A DNA stretch of 64,000 bases from Marsupella aquatica (taxonomy: Eukaryota; Plantae; Marchantiophyta), in assembly GCA_973895155.1 (NCBI GenBank), contig OZ316891.1, positions 31,937,112 through 32,001,111 on the forward strand, written 5' to 3'. This document shows positions 26,804 to 38,777 of this stretch, in pieces (positions within the stretch are counted from its first letter, which is position 1; each line of letters begins with the position of its first letter). The notes under the pieces are model-generated. The model was given only the letters and a program-made list of their open reading frames with translations, was not told the DNA's origin and ran no database searches. Position numbers and translations under genes: made by a program.

Positions 26804-28175
26804 CAAACAACTCCAACGTACACCCCAACAAAAGATGAATTGGAAGAGTCGGATCACAAAGACAACAAGGCACTTCAAATTCTGACACAAGGCATGGAAA
26901 ATTCACATTCAAGCACATCATATTAGTAGTGCCAAGACTGCTGCAGAAGCATGGTCAACACTTCTGAACATGTTTGAAGCAAGTGATGCCATAACCAAGA
27001 TGTATCTTCATGACAAGTTGGCCACTCTGAAGATGAAGGAACGAGAAAGTGTCATAAAGGCTTTTGTAGCAACTTAATGGGGCGGGAGCATCAGTGTCAG
27101 ATGAGGATGCATGATTGACACTCATGAGGAGCATGCCTCAAAGTTGGAGGGTGGAAATCATTCCTCTAAGGAGGGATACAACTCTTACTCTTCCGTCCTT
27201 GATTGCATATCTACTGCAAGAGGAAACGATGCGAAAAACGGAGGACTTGGCAGGGTTGACAATAGCGCTTTACATTGACTCAAGGCTAGGGAAATCTACC
27301 ATCTCACAAGATAGTAATTTTGGGAAGGCAAGCACCTCCCAAAAACCATGGAAGGAGAAAGCTTCCAAGATGAAATGTCACTTTTGTAAACGGAAAGGAC
27401 ATTTTATTCGTGACTGCACAGCAAGGATAGCCAAGGAGGGAAATGATGCAAGACGGTTCAAGCGAACTCAGTCATACATAAGTTGTATGTGGCAAACTCC
27501 AGAAATTCCAGTGAAGGGGATTCAAGTTGCATTGGTATGTGGACACAGCGGCAACCCAACATATGGCGCATCATTGAGAAAGCTTTGTGGAGTACATAGC
27601 TTGGGATCATGCCCAAGTAGTGTATTTGGGAGATGATTCGACCTTGCAGATTGTTGGAGTGTGAAGTGTTCCCATTAAACTCCATGATGGTTCAGTGAGG
27701 ATGGTGGAAAAGGTGCTTCATGTACCTTGTCTCACAAAGCACCTATTTTCAGTGAACCAACTTGATGAAGAACGAGGAGATCGAGGCTATCATCAAGAAA
27801 GGTTCATGTGCTTTGAAGAGTCCAAGTGGCTCTATCATTAGTACTTGCTTTACTGTGAACAAGTTAATATATAAACTTGGTGTAACTGTAAGCCTCCATA
27901 CTGCAAATATTGCTATCGCAACAAGTGACTGCGGAGATGTGGCATAAAAGGCTTGGCCACATCAATGAAGCTAGAATGCATCAACTGCAAGACCACAACA
28001 TGGTGAAAGGCATTGGTAAATTCGATGGCAGGAGTTTCTTTGTCTAATTGCAGAGCGTGTGCAAAGGCAAACTCTACAAAGCTGAAATTTCCGAAGGGTG
28101 GAAGATCCAAGGCAACTGAACTTCTTGCCTTAGTTCATTCAGATATTTGTGGCCTAGTTCGCCCTTCCACTCATT

Positions 28176-28517
28176 TGTTGAGCATAGACGACAATTGCAA
28201 CGGTAAGCACATGACACATCCAACGCTCAAGTAGTCGACATTTAGGGTTACGTGGTTTACCTCCTTGAGGCTACGTCCAGGCACCGGAACACACAAGAGA
28301 GCTTTATTGAACTCTAAGCCCGTCGGCTATACCAAGTCTCCACAGTGTAAGCTCTCCTCATCTCTCAAATGGCTCCATAACAATGAGCCTAAGTTCCACT
28401 TATCCAAGCAAACACCGCTTGGCATATAGTGTGCATCCTAGTTAACCTAACCACGACTATGGTTAGTCTAACTATGGTTACATGTCGTACCCCTAGACCT
28501 TGAGTAAATACCTAACA
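28176..28517 (-). mobile_element. Solo LTR inserted in copia integrase
   Basis: TGTTG...CTAACA ends, perfect TSD TCATT, and homology to the LTRs at 9306 and 61872. Confidence 0.95.
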
Positions 28518-30832
28518 TCATTCAGGCTATGTCTACTTCATCACATTCATTGATGATTTCTCGAGATATTTTACCATATGTATATATATATTTATCTTGA
28601 GGCACAAGTCAGAAGCCTTTGACAAATTCAAAGAGTTCAAAGTTGTTGCAGAAACACAAACCGGCAAAAAGGTTAAATAAGGTGTTGCTATCTGACAATG
28701 GAGGAGAGTACAAGTCGACAACCTTTGACCTATTTTGCAAGGAACATGGGATTGCAAGGCAATTTATAGCTAGTTGCAGAGACTCCTCAACGAAATGGAG
28801 TAGCTGAGAGAAAGAATAGAACACTATTACGTGGAGGCAGTTCTATCCTTGTTGAATCATTCAGGTCTGTCTAGATCCTATTGGGGGGAAGCTATTCATA
28901 CAGCCAACTACCTTCAAAATTAAATCGAACACCCACAAAAGCACTAGATGCGGACAAGACACCATATGAGCTTTGGTATGGGAGAAAACCAAACTTGGCA
29001 CATGTTAGGGTTTTTGGATGTAGAGCACATCTTAACATCAACATAAACCATCAAGGGAAGTTTGACAATCATGCAGAAGATTGCATCTTTTTGGGATATC
29101 CAGAAGTCTCCACATCAAGAGATGTCTATAGGGTTTAACAAACAACGGATCCCAAGGTGATTGTGGCAAGAGATGTTCGATTTAAAGAAGACCAGCTTGG
29201 TGGAAAAGGACCAGTTACCTCAGAGTTGGATGATCCCGTGCTATTTTTCACTTCCAATAGCACCAGCACCAACACCATCTCCAGTGGGAGCACCAGTGCT
29301 AGCACCGGCACCAGGTCTAGTGGGAGCACCAGCACTAGCACCAGTGGTAGCACCGGCCTTAGCTCAAGTGGGAGCTAATGCACCTCATGTTAGAGAAGAG
29401 GCTACTGAAATTTCAAGCACATGAAAGAGGATCACAACCAAGTAGTCTGTCCACAACCACATCCAGGTCCAGGTCTACAGAATCATTTGCAACACCTTTT
29501 GATGAATTCTTAGAACCAGAATTTGGAAGGGGAAAGAGGAAGAAGATACCAACGAGGAGATATGGTTTTGACTCTGATTCAGCTATTGTGGCCTTAGTGA
29601 CTGAATCTGGTCCAAGAATGGTGGAACCTACTTCTTTGAAGGAGGCACTTACAAGACCAGATGCAGAGCAATGGAGGAAAGCCATTAATGATGAGTTAGA
29701 CTCATTGAAGAAAAACAACACATGGACCATAGTCAAGCTTCCTCAAAATTGAAAGGCGGTGGGCTGCAAGTGGGTATTCAAGTTGAAGTACAACCTGGAT
29801 GGAAGTTTTGCAAGATACAAAGCTAGACTTGTAGCCAAAGGCTACCCCCAAGTCTATGGGGTTGATTACTTGGATACTTTTTCACCAGTAGTGAAAATCA
29901 CATCTATAAGGCTCATTCTATCCTTGGTGGCCTTTTATGACCTTTAGGCCATCCTTTTAGATGTGAAGACAACATTTCTGAATGGTATATTCACGGAACC
30001 AATCTACATGGAGTTGCCTGAAGGATTAGAGTGGTTGGAGATAATTCTTGACCCTAAAATGGTATGTCTCCTACTGAGGGCATTATATGGCCTCAAGCAA
30101 TCCTCTAGGTTATGGTATAAGAGTTTAAGGTCTCTTTCTTGTTAAGCATAGGCTTTAGAAAGTGCATAGCTGACTCAAATGTGTACTATTATGAGTGAGG
30201 AGGAAACTTTTTGATATTAGCTCTATATGTTGATGATTCCATACTTGCAAGCAATGACACCAACATATTAGCTGAAGTCAAAAAGACACTCATGAGAATT
30301 GCAAGGCAGTGCATACTCCAGTTGAGTTGGGCTTAAAGCTAAGTAAGGAGGATAGCCCACAAACTCATGATGAAAAGTTACAGATGGAGACTGTACCATA
30401 CCAGAATGCAGTTGGAAGCCTCATGTGGGCTATCATCTACACAAGGCCCGACTTATCCTATGCAGTTGGGTCAATGGCACAATTCATGTCCAATCCAGGT
30501 CCAAAACATTGGATGGCTGTGAAGCCAATTTTTTGGTACTTGAAGGGCACAACTATTTTAGCGATCCACGGTACAGGCAGTTCAAGAGAAGGGCACGTTG
30601 GGGATGATTTACTCACGGTCGTGGATTCCAGTCAGCCAACTGCAATTGGTCCACGTAGTGATTGTTTTGTTGATACCCAACAAGTGCATAATATGGCGGA
30701 GTATGCTCGAAAAGTCTCCACTGTAATATCCGCTCCAATTAAACAAATGGAATGTAGGGAAGAATACTTACGGGAGTCTATTCAATCCCTCACAGCGCGA
30801 TATACCTCAGATTTAGAAATATCAAGTAAACC

Positions 30833-30960
30833 CACTTTAAAGCAACGAGAGTCGGAAATCATGCTGGAATTGAAGAGTGTTTTGAAGCAATGAGAGTCGG
30901 AGATGTTGGAACTGAAGAGTGCTTTAAAGCAACGAGAGTTGTAGATATTGGAATTAAGGA
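30833..30960 (+). repeat. 42-45-bp coding tandem repeat (LKQRESE(I)MLELKS) in a coiled-coil ORF remnant joined to the truncated copia RT
   Basis: Three copies of AAGCAA.GAGAGT..GA.AT.TTGGAA.T.AAG. Confidence 0.6.
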
Positions 30961-31987
30961 GTATGCCAATACAGGTAACAGTATCCATAACTCGGGCAAA
31001 TTGTACACTTTCATGCACGAATTTGAGTTTCCAGAATACCTGCTAGTTCATTTAAGAACGAGAACCGTGTAAATCAGGTTGCTGTCTTTAATTCATCTTT
31101 TTGTAACAGCGCACATCACATGGATCCGAACGTATATCCCCCTGTGACGTTTGAAGGCACCATGTCGCAAAGCACAGATTGTCGTTTTTCCCTATTATTT
31201 GTGTTCTCTGTCTGGTTTTCTCTACGCTACTATCGTGTGAGATGCTGCCCTTCGGAGTGTGGGTTGTTTCCGACGCATTTTTTAACTTTTGGGATTAGTT
31301 TTCAGTACTGATGTGATTCACACACCATAAACTCAACGAAAGCAGTGACCAATTTTATTGGATCACATCACATGGATCCGAACCGTGACGTTTTAAGGCA
31401 CCATGTTGGAAAGTGCGACGCACAACTGTAGCTGAATAGTGACAAGAAATCAACTAGTAGGGAGCCTGGATACGGCAACGGACTCAACCTTGTTTAGTGT
31501 TTAGGGTTTAGGGTTTGTATACATGTATATCTTTTGCTCGCCAAATCACCCCTAAATTCTACACCCAGACCGGGTGTCGCAAACAAGCCCAAGCCGGAAT
31601 TGAAATAGCCAAACACTCGTAAACTGAAACATTCCAACTGTAACTGAAACTATTCAGCAAGACACGTACCCGAGCAATGAAACAGTGACAAACTCCTCAC
31701 AGAAGCACCCTAAACTGTAGTGCACTACGACACTAACAAACTACCAAGTAAAACACTTGAATACCATATACAAAGGAATTGCAGCGTATCCTTTACTGAT
31801 TGCAAAACTCATCCAAGCAGGTGAAAGGTTCCGTATTCTCTACATGTAGCTCAGATAAATCTGATGCCCCCTAAATCCTAAAGCCTCGGGTTGTATGCCA
31901 CGCTGCGAAGGTGTCCCCCAACCCTAAAGCTCCAAAAATGCTACCTCCATTACCATGAAAGTGTAATTGGTGACAGACACATTACCC

Positions 31988-33482
31988 CTAACTTAACCCT
32001 AAAGTACCCTCCCCGTCTTGAAACGCATCAGAGATAGTCTGCGCCACGAGCAGGCATGTTCTCACCGTTACGCCCTCACACTTGAAGTCTGCTGTAGGAT
32101 TTTCGCGCAACATTTTTAGACCCTCCTCCATGTCGCCATCGAATTGTCGTTGTAGATGAGAGCAAACTGTTTCGAGTAAGTTCTCCGCATGATCCACTAA
32201 GCTATTCATGTGTCGCATAGCAATTACCACACCAAATGCTGATGTAATGTCGCGCTTTCTCTTCAGAACGTCCAGTTGCTTGCCAAGTGAGTTAATGGTG
32301 GATCTCCCCTTTGCCAACTCCTCTGCCTTGGCTTTGCTTTGTACGTCCACCTTCCATAAGTCCTGTTTGAGAAGGGATTGAACTCTTTCCGAATGTGTCT
32401 TAAGCTCCTTCTTCTTCTTACACTGTGCAACATACGCAAGCAGAAGACAACGGATCTCTGCTTCTGTGTCAACAAGAAACGTCTCTATCCTATCACGAAG
32501 TACATAACCTAGCATTTTCTCCACGATTTTAACCCTTTGCCTAATGGCAGCATGGTCCTCTCCTTCACAAATGTAGTCTGCAGCGGTCTTGCTCGGATTG
32601 AACCGATGAGCTAATGGCACATTGGCGTCATCTTCCCTCTCTTCCGAACCCGGAGGGGCTGTCCCGATTGATCCAACGATGGCGTCGCACTCTAACTTGC
32701 CGCTTTTACCGATTTGTGCAATATTCAGCTCCGACGAAGCGGCGGTCATCAATCCATCCTTGTCTGGTATCATGGCAATCCATTCGCTCCAATCCCAACT
32801 TTCGGGAGGAGATGTTTCCGGGTCAGCCTCAAATCCGATTGATCCAAGGATGGCGTCGGAATCCAACTTAAAGCTTGGACGGCTTTGTGCAGTGTTCAGC
32901 TCCCATGCAGTGGCGGTCCTGATTCCATCCTCACCTAGTATCGTGGCAATCCATTTGCTCCAATTGCAACTTTCGGGAGGAGATGTTTCCGGTTCAGCCT
33001 CAAATCCATTTGCTCCAATTGCAACTTTCGGGAGGAGATGTTTCCGGTTCAGCCTCAAATCTGATTGATCCAAGGATGGCGTCGGAATCCAACTTAAAGC
33101 TTGGGCGGCTTTGTGCAGTGTTCAGCTCCAATGCAGCGGCGGTCATCAATCCATCCTCGTCTGGTATCATGGCTATCCATTCGCTCCAATCGCTTCTTTT
33201 GGGAGAAGATGTTTTGTGGTCAGCCTCAAATTCGGGTCCTTGGTGATCTTCCTCCGGTCGACTCTTTCCCCGAACCTTTCCCAGGGTTCTTGGTGTTGGG
33301 GCCTGAGCTCGGCCCTTTCCTCTCGGAGGTGCGATTGTACCTCGGGTAGTCGATTTCTCAGCTTGTCTCTTCTTTGTTGGTGGTGCTGCGGCTGCGCTTG
33401 TACCTCGGGCGTCCATTGCTGGTGGCTCTACTACTGTAGCCGATTTCTCCGTTTGTCCTCCGATTACTTGCTCCGGTCCCAC
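31988..33482 (-). pseudogene. ORF with three 57-aa repeats and a C-terminal coiled coil, frameshifted by a 55-bp tandem duplication
   Basis: ATTGATCCAA.GATGGCGTCG at 32667, 32838 and 33064 (periods 171 and 171+55). 32948-33002 is duplicated at 33003-33057. Confidence 0.6.
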
Positions 33483-34199
33483 TCTTATGTCGTCCCTTCG
33501 CCAACCGCAGTGGCTCTTCGAATATAACTGTAGATGACCTGATCGACTGTTGATTCGAGTAGGTCCAACTTGAACTTGAATGTTGGATTGGATGAGAACT
33601 CATCTGCAGTGTACTACTCCTTTCCGGTCCCAATCGTGGAACATCGATCTGCTCCGCATCAGCTGGCTGGGCCGCCCGGAGAGAAATGGCATCCTCAAAA
33701 CCATCGAGACGATAAGATGTTTAGGCCCTTCACTCTGTAGCTAAAGATGTTTCTTCGCGTAAACTTCACCCTAAACCGGCAATTAGTTGCGTCGGCAGGA
33801 ACCGAGGGAACGGTTCCCGCCGTAATTACCATTTATTATCATTATTATTAAAGACTTCTACCGGTAGCCCGGGCTACCCCTCCTTAACGAAACGCAGAAT
33901 CTGGAGCATAAACTTACGATTGGATCTCAGCCATAGATCTTGACAATAAGGTCACTAGGATGATATGTTGGCATTATTGGGTCATGGGGCAAACGAATGA
34001 CATCAACGCCCAAATCAGGCTCTGTTGGCAAAGTCCCCTCTCCAATTGCTAGTAAGTAACCAATCGCTAAAGCCTTGTTTCTCAAGTGTGTCTGGTCCTA
34101 GATATAAGAACATCCAAGACTTTGTTTCAAAAGTGTAGAAACAAATTATAAGTTAGTATAATCTCCTAATCCTAGCATTGAGAAGTTACTGTAGTTCTA

Positions 34200-34410
34200 A
34201 AACAAATTACAACTTTGAAGATGTTGTGATTGACAATAATGCCATGGATTTTTTTGTATTTATAAAAATGACACGGTTTCGTATATGGATGACAAGGTCC
34301 CCAAGGTAACCATGGTGTTTAGGGTTTACAGAAACTGTGGCATTTTTGTAAATACAACAAAAACCGTGGCAGTATTATAAATTAAAACATCTTTAGTGGT
34401 AATGTACTTA
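34200..34410. repeat. Imperfect palindrome, possibly a small foldback MITE
   Basis: The left arm AAGATGTT...TGTATTTATAAAAATGACACGGTTTC is mirrored by GAAACTGTGGCATTTTTGTAAATACA...AACATCTT. Confidence 0.5.
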
Positions 34411-34639
34411 AAAGCTGAAATAAATCAACATTTCAAATACGAAGGAGTGAATATGTAATTGTAGATTGAAGTATTATTCCTAGTTGTAAAATATACATCT
34501 CTAAAAACGATTTGATAGGAAAACAAACATTCTAGTGTTTTGACTGTCACAATTATGCAATTATCCTCATCCCTTTCATCTATGACCATATAGAAGAACT
34601 CAACCATAAATTTTGAAGCTGCTATATAGATGTTGAATG

Positions 34640-36740
34640 CACGCTTCATATTCTGTCTTATTCAAATTTTATGTCCAGTATTTTGATTTTAGTGTGCCCT
34701 AACAAGGTGAACCATTTGTATTAGGTTGATTTTCAATTAACTTTTGGACCCCTTTAAATTTTAGTGAACTTAGAGTATTTTGAATGTATTTGGCTCCCTC
34801 CATAAATGTTTAATCTTTCATTTTTGAATCACTCCTTAGTGAACTTTTTTTCTTTCTCATGAGGTGAGAGAAATGAATTTGAACAATGTGCACATTTGGT
34901 GCACTAAGTTCCACTCGTGGTTTCCTTTACAAATGTTATGGTTTTAGTTCAGCAGATTTTCATGCTTTTTTTGGCACGTGTACTTAGGATTTTGTGTGTT
35001 ATGGCACTCAAATACTAATTTCGTGGTATATACTTGACATGTACCTACTTCTTTTATCTTAAAATCACTACAAGACAGCAAAAAAAGAGGCATGTTCCAG
35101 AGATTTATCCATCAAGAGGAAGGTCCAGCATACATACAAAGTTTCATGGCTAAAAATCAGCTGCAAGGGTCAGGAAACCAAACCAGCCCTAAACCCTAAA
35201 CAAATTGCACTGCGGCAATATACCATACAATTACAGTTTCTTTATGCCTCTATTCGATAAACAAATAAATTAAGATTCTGCTTGTCTTATAAATTCTGTT
35301 GCTGCACACAAGAAGCCTGATTTAGCTGCATCAGAAAACCTCCACCCAATCCTCTTTTGTACTCCCACCCCAGATTTTTTATTTGTTCCCCCTTGGATCT
35401 ATGAAAACGTACAAAACATTGCCAAAAAAAATAAATCTGTCCTAATTCTCTTTCATCTTTGCCCCATTTTTGGGTCCAGCATACTTTCAGTTTTGTGTTT
35501 ACCAAGAGTCATTGCGAGCTTTGAAATGATGATGGAAAGCATGCTACATTTCATCGTTTTTACATACATCGTTCAAAACTCTCCATGCACATCCTTTTTG
35601 GTGGCGCCTATTCTCATTCTCTCCATTTTGGTGGGGCCCCAAAGTTACGGTCTAGAGGCTTCAGTCTAGAAGCCTACACCCCACCTCCAGCTTGGAGTTC
35701 GCGCCTTACACCTAAGTGTAGCTCAATACCCGTTCGTTGGAACAAGATGTCGCGGTGTGTTGTTGTCATGTCGCCCAATATGTCGTGAAGAGAAAGGATG
35801 TTGAAATTTTTATTTATGTATTTTATTTATTTATTCAGGGTTTAGGTTTTTTAGGTTTTAGGGTTTGAAGAAAAATATATTATTGTGTCAGTCAAGATAT
35901 ATTGTTAGCATAAAAGATGTTGTGAAAAAATAAAAAATGTAGTGTCGCCCAAGACGTCGCGTCTCTCCCAATACGGTCTTATGTCTTGGCACCCAAAATG
36001 ACACTAAGAAAGAGGATGTCATTAGGAAAAAAGGTGTCGTGGTGCCCAAATGTCGCGAAGTGCAAAGTTGATGTGTACCCAAGATGTCGTTTTTCCAAAG
36101 AAACTGTAAAAAGATTGTTGTTTTCCCAAAGATGTCGTGAAGTAAAAAATGGTGAGTACCAAGGGGGAATGGGTGTGTACACTCTCCTTGCATTGCATGC
36201 ACACTATAAAATTGAGTTTAGTGTGAATGATAAAGAGTCACACAGTCGAAGCAAGAGTGAATGAAATGGGATAAAATATAAAAAGAAAAAGGATTCGAGT
36301 AACACGCCTTTTTTTGTCTTGTAGTGATGTTTATTTTATGATAAAAAATTAGTAGGTACATGTAAAGTATATGCTGGCCAAGGAATTAATATCTGTTACT
36401 TAAGAGTGAGTGAAATACCATTTACCATTTGTAAAGGAAACCAGAAGGGGTAACGTAGTAGACCACATGACATTGTGTACATTATTCAAATTCATTTCTC
36501 TCACTCTCATGAGAAAATGAGAATTCAGTAAGGATTGATTCAAAATGAAAGATTCAAAATGAAAGATTAAACATTTATGAGGGAAGCCAAATACATTAAA
36601 AAAACTCGAAGTTCACTAAAATCATAAGGGTTCCAAAAATTAATTAAAAATGAACTTAATACAAACGATTCACCTTGTTAAGTCACACTAAAATAATAAT
36701 TCCGGACACATAATCTGAATAAGACAAAATTTGAAAGACC
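34640..36740. repeat. Long inverted repeat with arms of about 450 bp (34640-35090 and 36300-36740)
   Basis: AACAAGGTGAA..TTTGTATTA.GTT and TTTAGTGAACTT.GAGT motifs are mirrored in the two arms. Confidence 0.6.
35718..36150 (-). mobile_element. Helitron-like 3' end plus AAGATGTCGT satellite (same family as 9244)
   Basis: GTAGCTCAATACCCGTTCGTTGGAAC matches GTAGCTCAATACCTGTGCGTTGCAC at 9244. Confidence 0.5.
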
Positions 36741-37779
36741 AAATATTAATAGTTCATACGGTCAACAAATTAAACACTTCCTTTCGGGGACACGAGTAGT
36801 GAGCGTATTTAATAATATCTACTTTTCTACTGTAAGTTCCGGGGACCAACCCCTCCTCGACGATGGGCTGGGTTATCGTTTAGGTCGGGGTATTTATGAG
36901 GATCCCTTGCATGCCGTCGTTGACAGCTTACATATACTAGGCCGGGTAAACCGGTGAAGATGCGAAGTCTTATCCTGCTTGGTTGCTTGTCCCATATGTT
37001 TCGCCAGGATCCTGTACTTCAAATGCTTTCCGCAAGCGTGTAAACGATTTAATCGCTTGCAAATTGATACCGACATAATTTAGGGGCTCCCGTGCCCCCC
37101 AGGGTGATGGCTCCGGCTGGGACGCCTGGATATTTATTGTACCACTCGTGCCATTATTATGATGACTCCTTACCCGCCGTTTGTCCGAGACAACTACTTA
37201 CATCTTGGAGTACAATCATTACCAGGTCGGGTGAAGTCTTTATCCTGCTTGTCCTATACATTTTTTTAGGATCCAAAGCAAGGCTGGACTTCAAAATATT
37301 CACGCGTGCCACACAATTATATGGCGGCAACCCGTGCCTTCCGCGAATGCAAAACTACGGTACTGTAGATCGGTTAATATGATAAATCTTCGTGTAGAAC
37401 GGAAATGCCCTATGCCCGCGTCGTGTAGGCGTGGAGAGAGAAGACATGCCTAACATGAGTAGGACCACATTTAATGTAGTGAGTTGATCAGGACGTATAT
37501 GTTGTCTCCATTCTGAAGTAGTGTTGCTCCTACAAATCATGACTACATTATTTTAGGGTTTACTAGGTTAAAGTTTATTATAAATTAAGTTCCTTATTAG
37601 TCTCCCATATATTGATGAATTAAAAATTACACTAAACAACCTTCATGTGTACTGTGAGTCTCAAACCGATGATTCTGGATGACAAGAAGACGATGTCAAT
37701 GTTTACATGACAAGTCTGGATCTGGAAATGGATTTTGAGTATACCCTAAACATTAAAGGAAACATCTACTGACAACTAA

Positions 37780-38250
37780 CTTAGAGGTTACTGGATCCCA
37801 TCACCTATAACCTATATTAACCTTTTACACCTTTCTCATATCCAAGGAAAATGTACTTCCTCGACTTGGACTCCAACTTAGACCAAAGCTGGGAAGGTGT
37901 AAGCACATATGCATCACATCCAAAAACCTTCACATGTGAATAATCCGCTTGATGCCTGTACCTCTTTTCAAATGACGTCTTGAATCCAATTGCACTGGAT
38001 GCAGAGAAATTTACCAAAAAAGCTGCAGTGTTGACAGCTTCTACCCAAAATTCATGTGGTAAGCATTAGGGCTTTAGGCCCTAAAGCATCATTGGCTGAA
38101 CATACTCCTCGAACGACGTTCCAATTATAATGCTTGGTTGAGCCTCTTAGAAACACCATTTTGCAGAGTATAACTTGTTGTGAATTGGCGTGTAATCCGG
38201 TGCTTCTCTTTACAATATGTTCCAAATTCACCAGAACCTTCTTCACCGTG
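37780..38250 (-). mobile_element. Ty1/copia integrase fragment
   Basis: QNGVSKRLN, LPHEFWVEAV, HVKVFGCDAYV and KYIFLGYEKGVKG motifs. Confidence 0.85.
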
Positions 38251-38777
38251 TGTGGACCCCATATATTTATTCACCACAGCACTTATGGGGTAATCAATGC
38301 TAATCCGCATTGATTGCCCTCGAGATTGCCTTTTGTCCTTAATATATATTTCATCTTTTTGAGTAAAGCACCATTATTACCTTAATACGGTTAGGATAGC
38401 CATAATATGTACTTAAGATACCGCCGCCATACGAAGGAAGAGGAAGCTGCGTACATAGCCACAGATACTGTGCCTTTGCAAAGTTATGAGTAAAGATGCA
38501 ATCATGAGTGCCAACAGAATAACGCCATGATTAGGATCGTCAGAATGGCCCGCTCGACCGAGGCACTTCACGATTTTGAGACAACGACTGTCCCATTCGT
38601 CCGGACATCTGCGGACCAAAGAGGCACCACATTTGAGCTTAAGGCAAGGGGGCGGGCTAGTTTTTGTCTCACAACTCATCAGAACTCTCGACAAACCACC
38701 CCCCGCGCCCCCCCACAAGAACACTTGGCGATCACCAGCACCACCATCCACTCACTCCTCACTTACATCGAGCGAAA

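Larger units (their letters stand above)
26403..30560 (+). mobile_element. Decayed Ty1/copia gag-pol, truncated before RNase H
   Basis: gag FDGTYFQVWK, knuckle CHFCKRKGHFIRDC, protease WYVDTAATQHM, WHKRLGH, integrase LVHSDICG and [36 protein letters not shown] and LYVDD. Many stops and frameshifts. Confidence 0.95.

Noticed and set aside
29126-29138. TATAGGGTTT in copia integrase read as a telomeric insertion
   Set aside because: It encodes the expected YRV motif in frame. The heptamers at 39933 and 40210 are likewise in-frame coding sequence.
30309-30893. 194-aa ORF read as a functional RT fusion gene
   Set aside because: It is a chance in-frame junction of a truncated, already disrupted copia RT with another decayed ORF.
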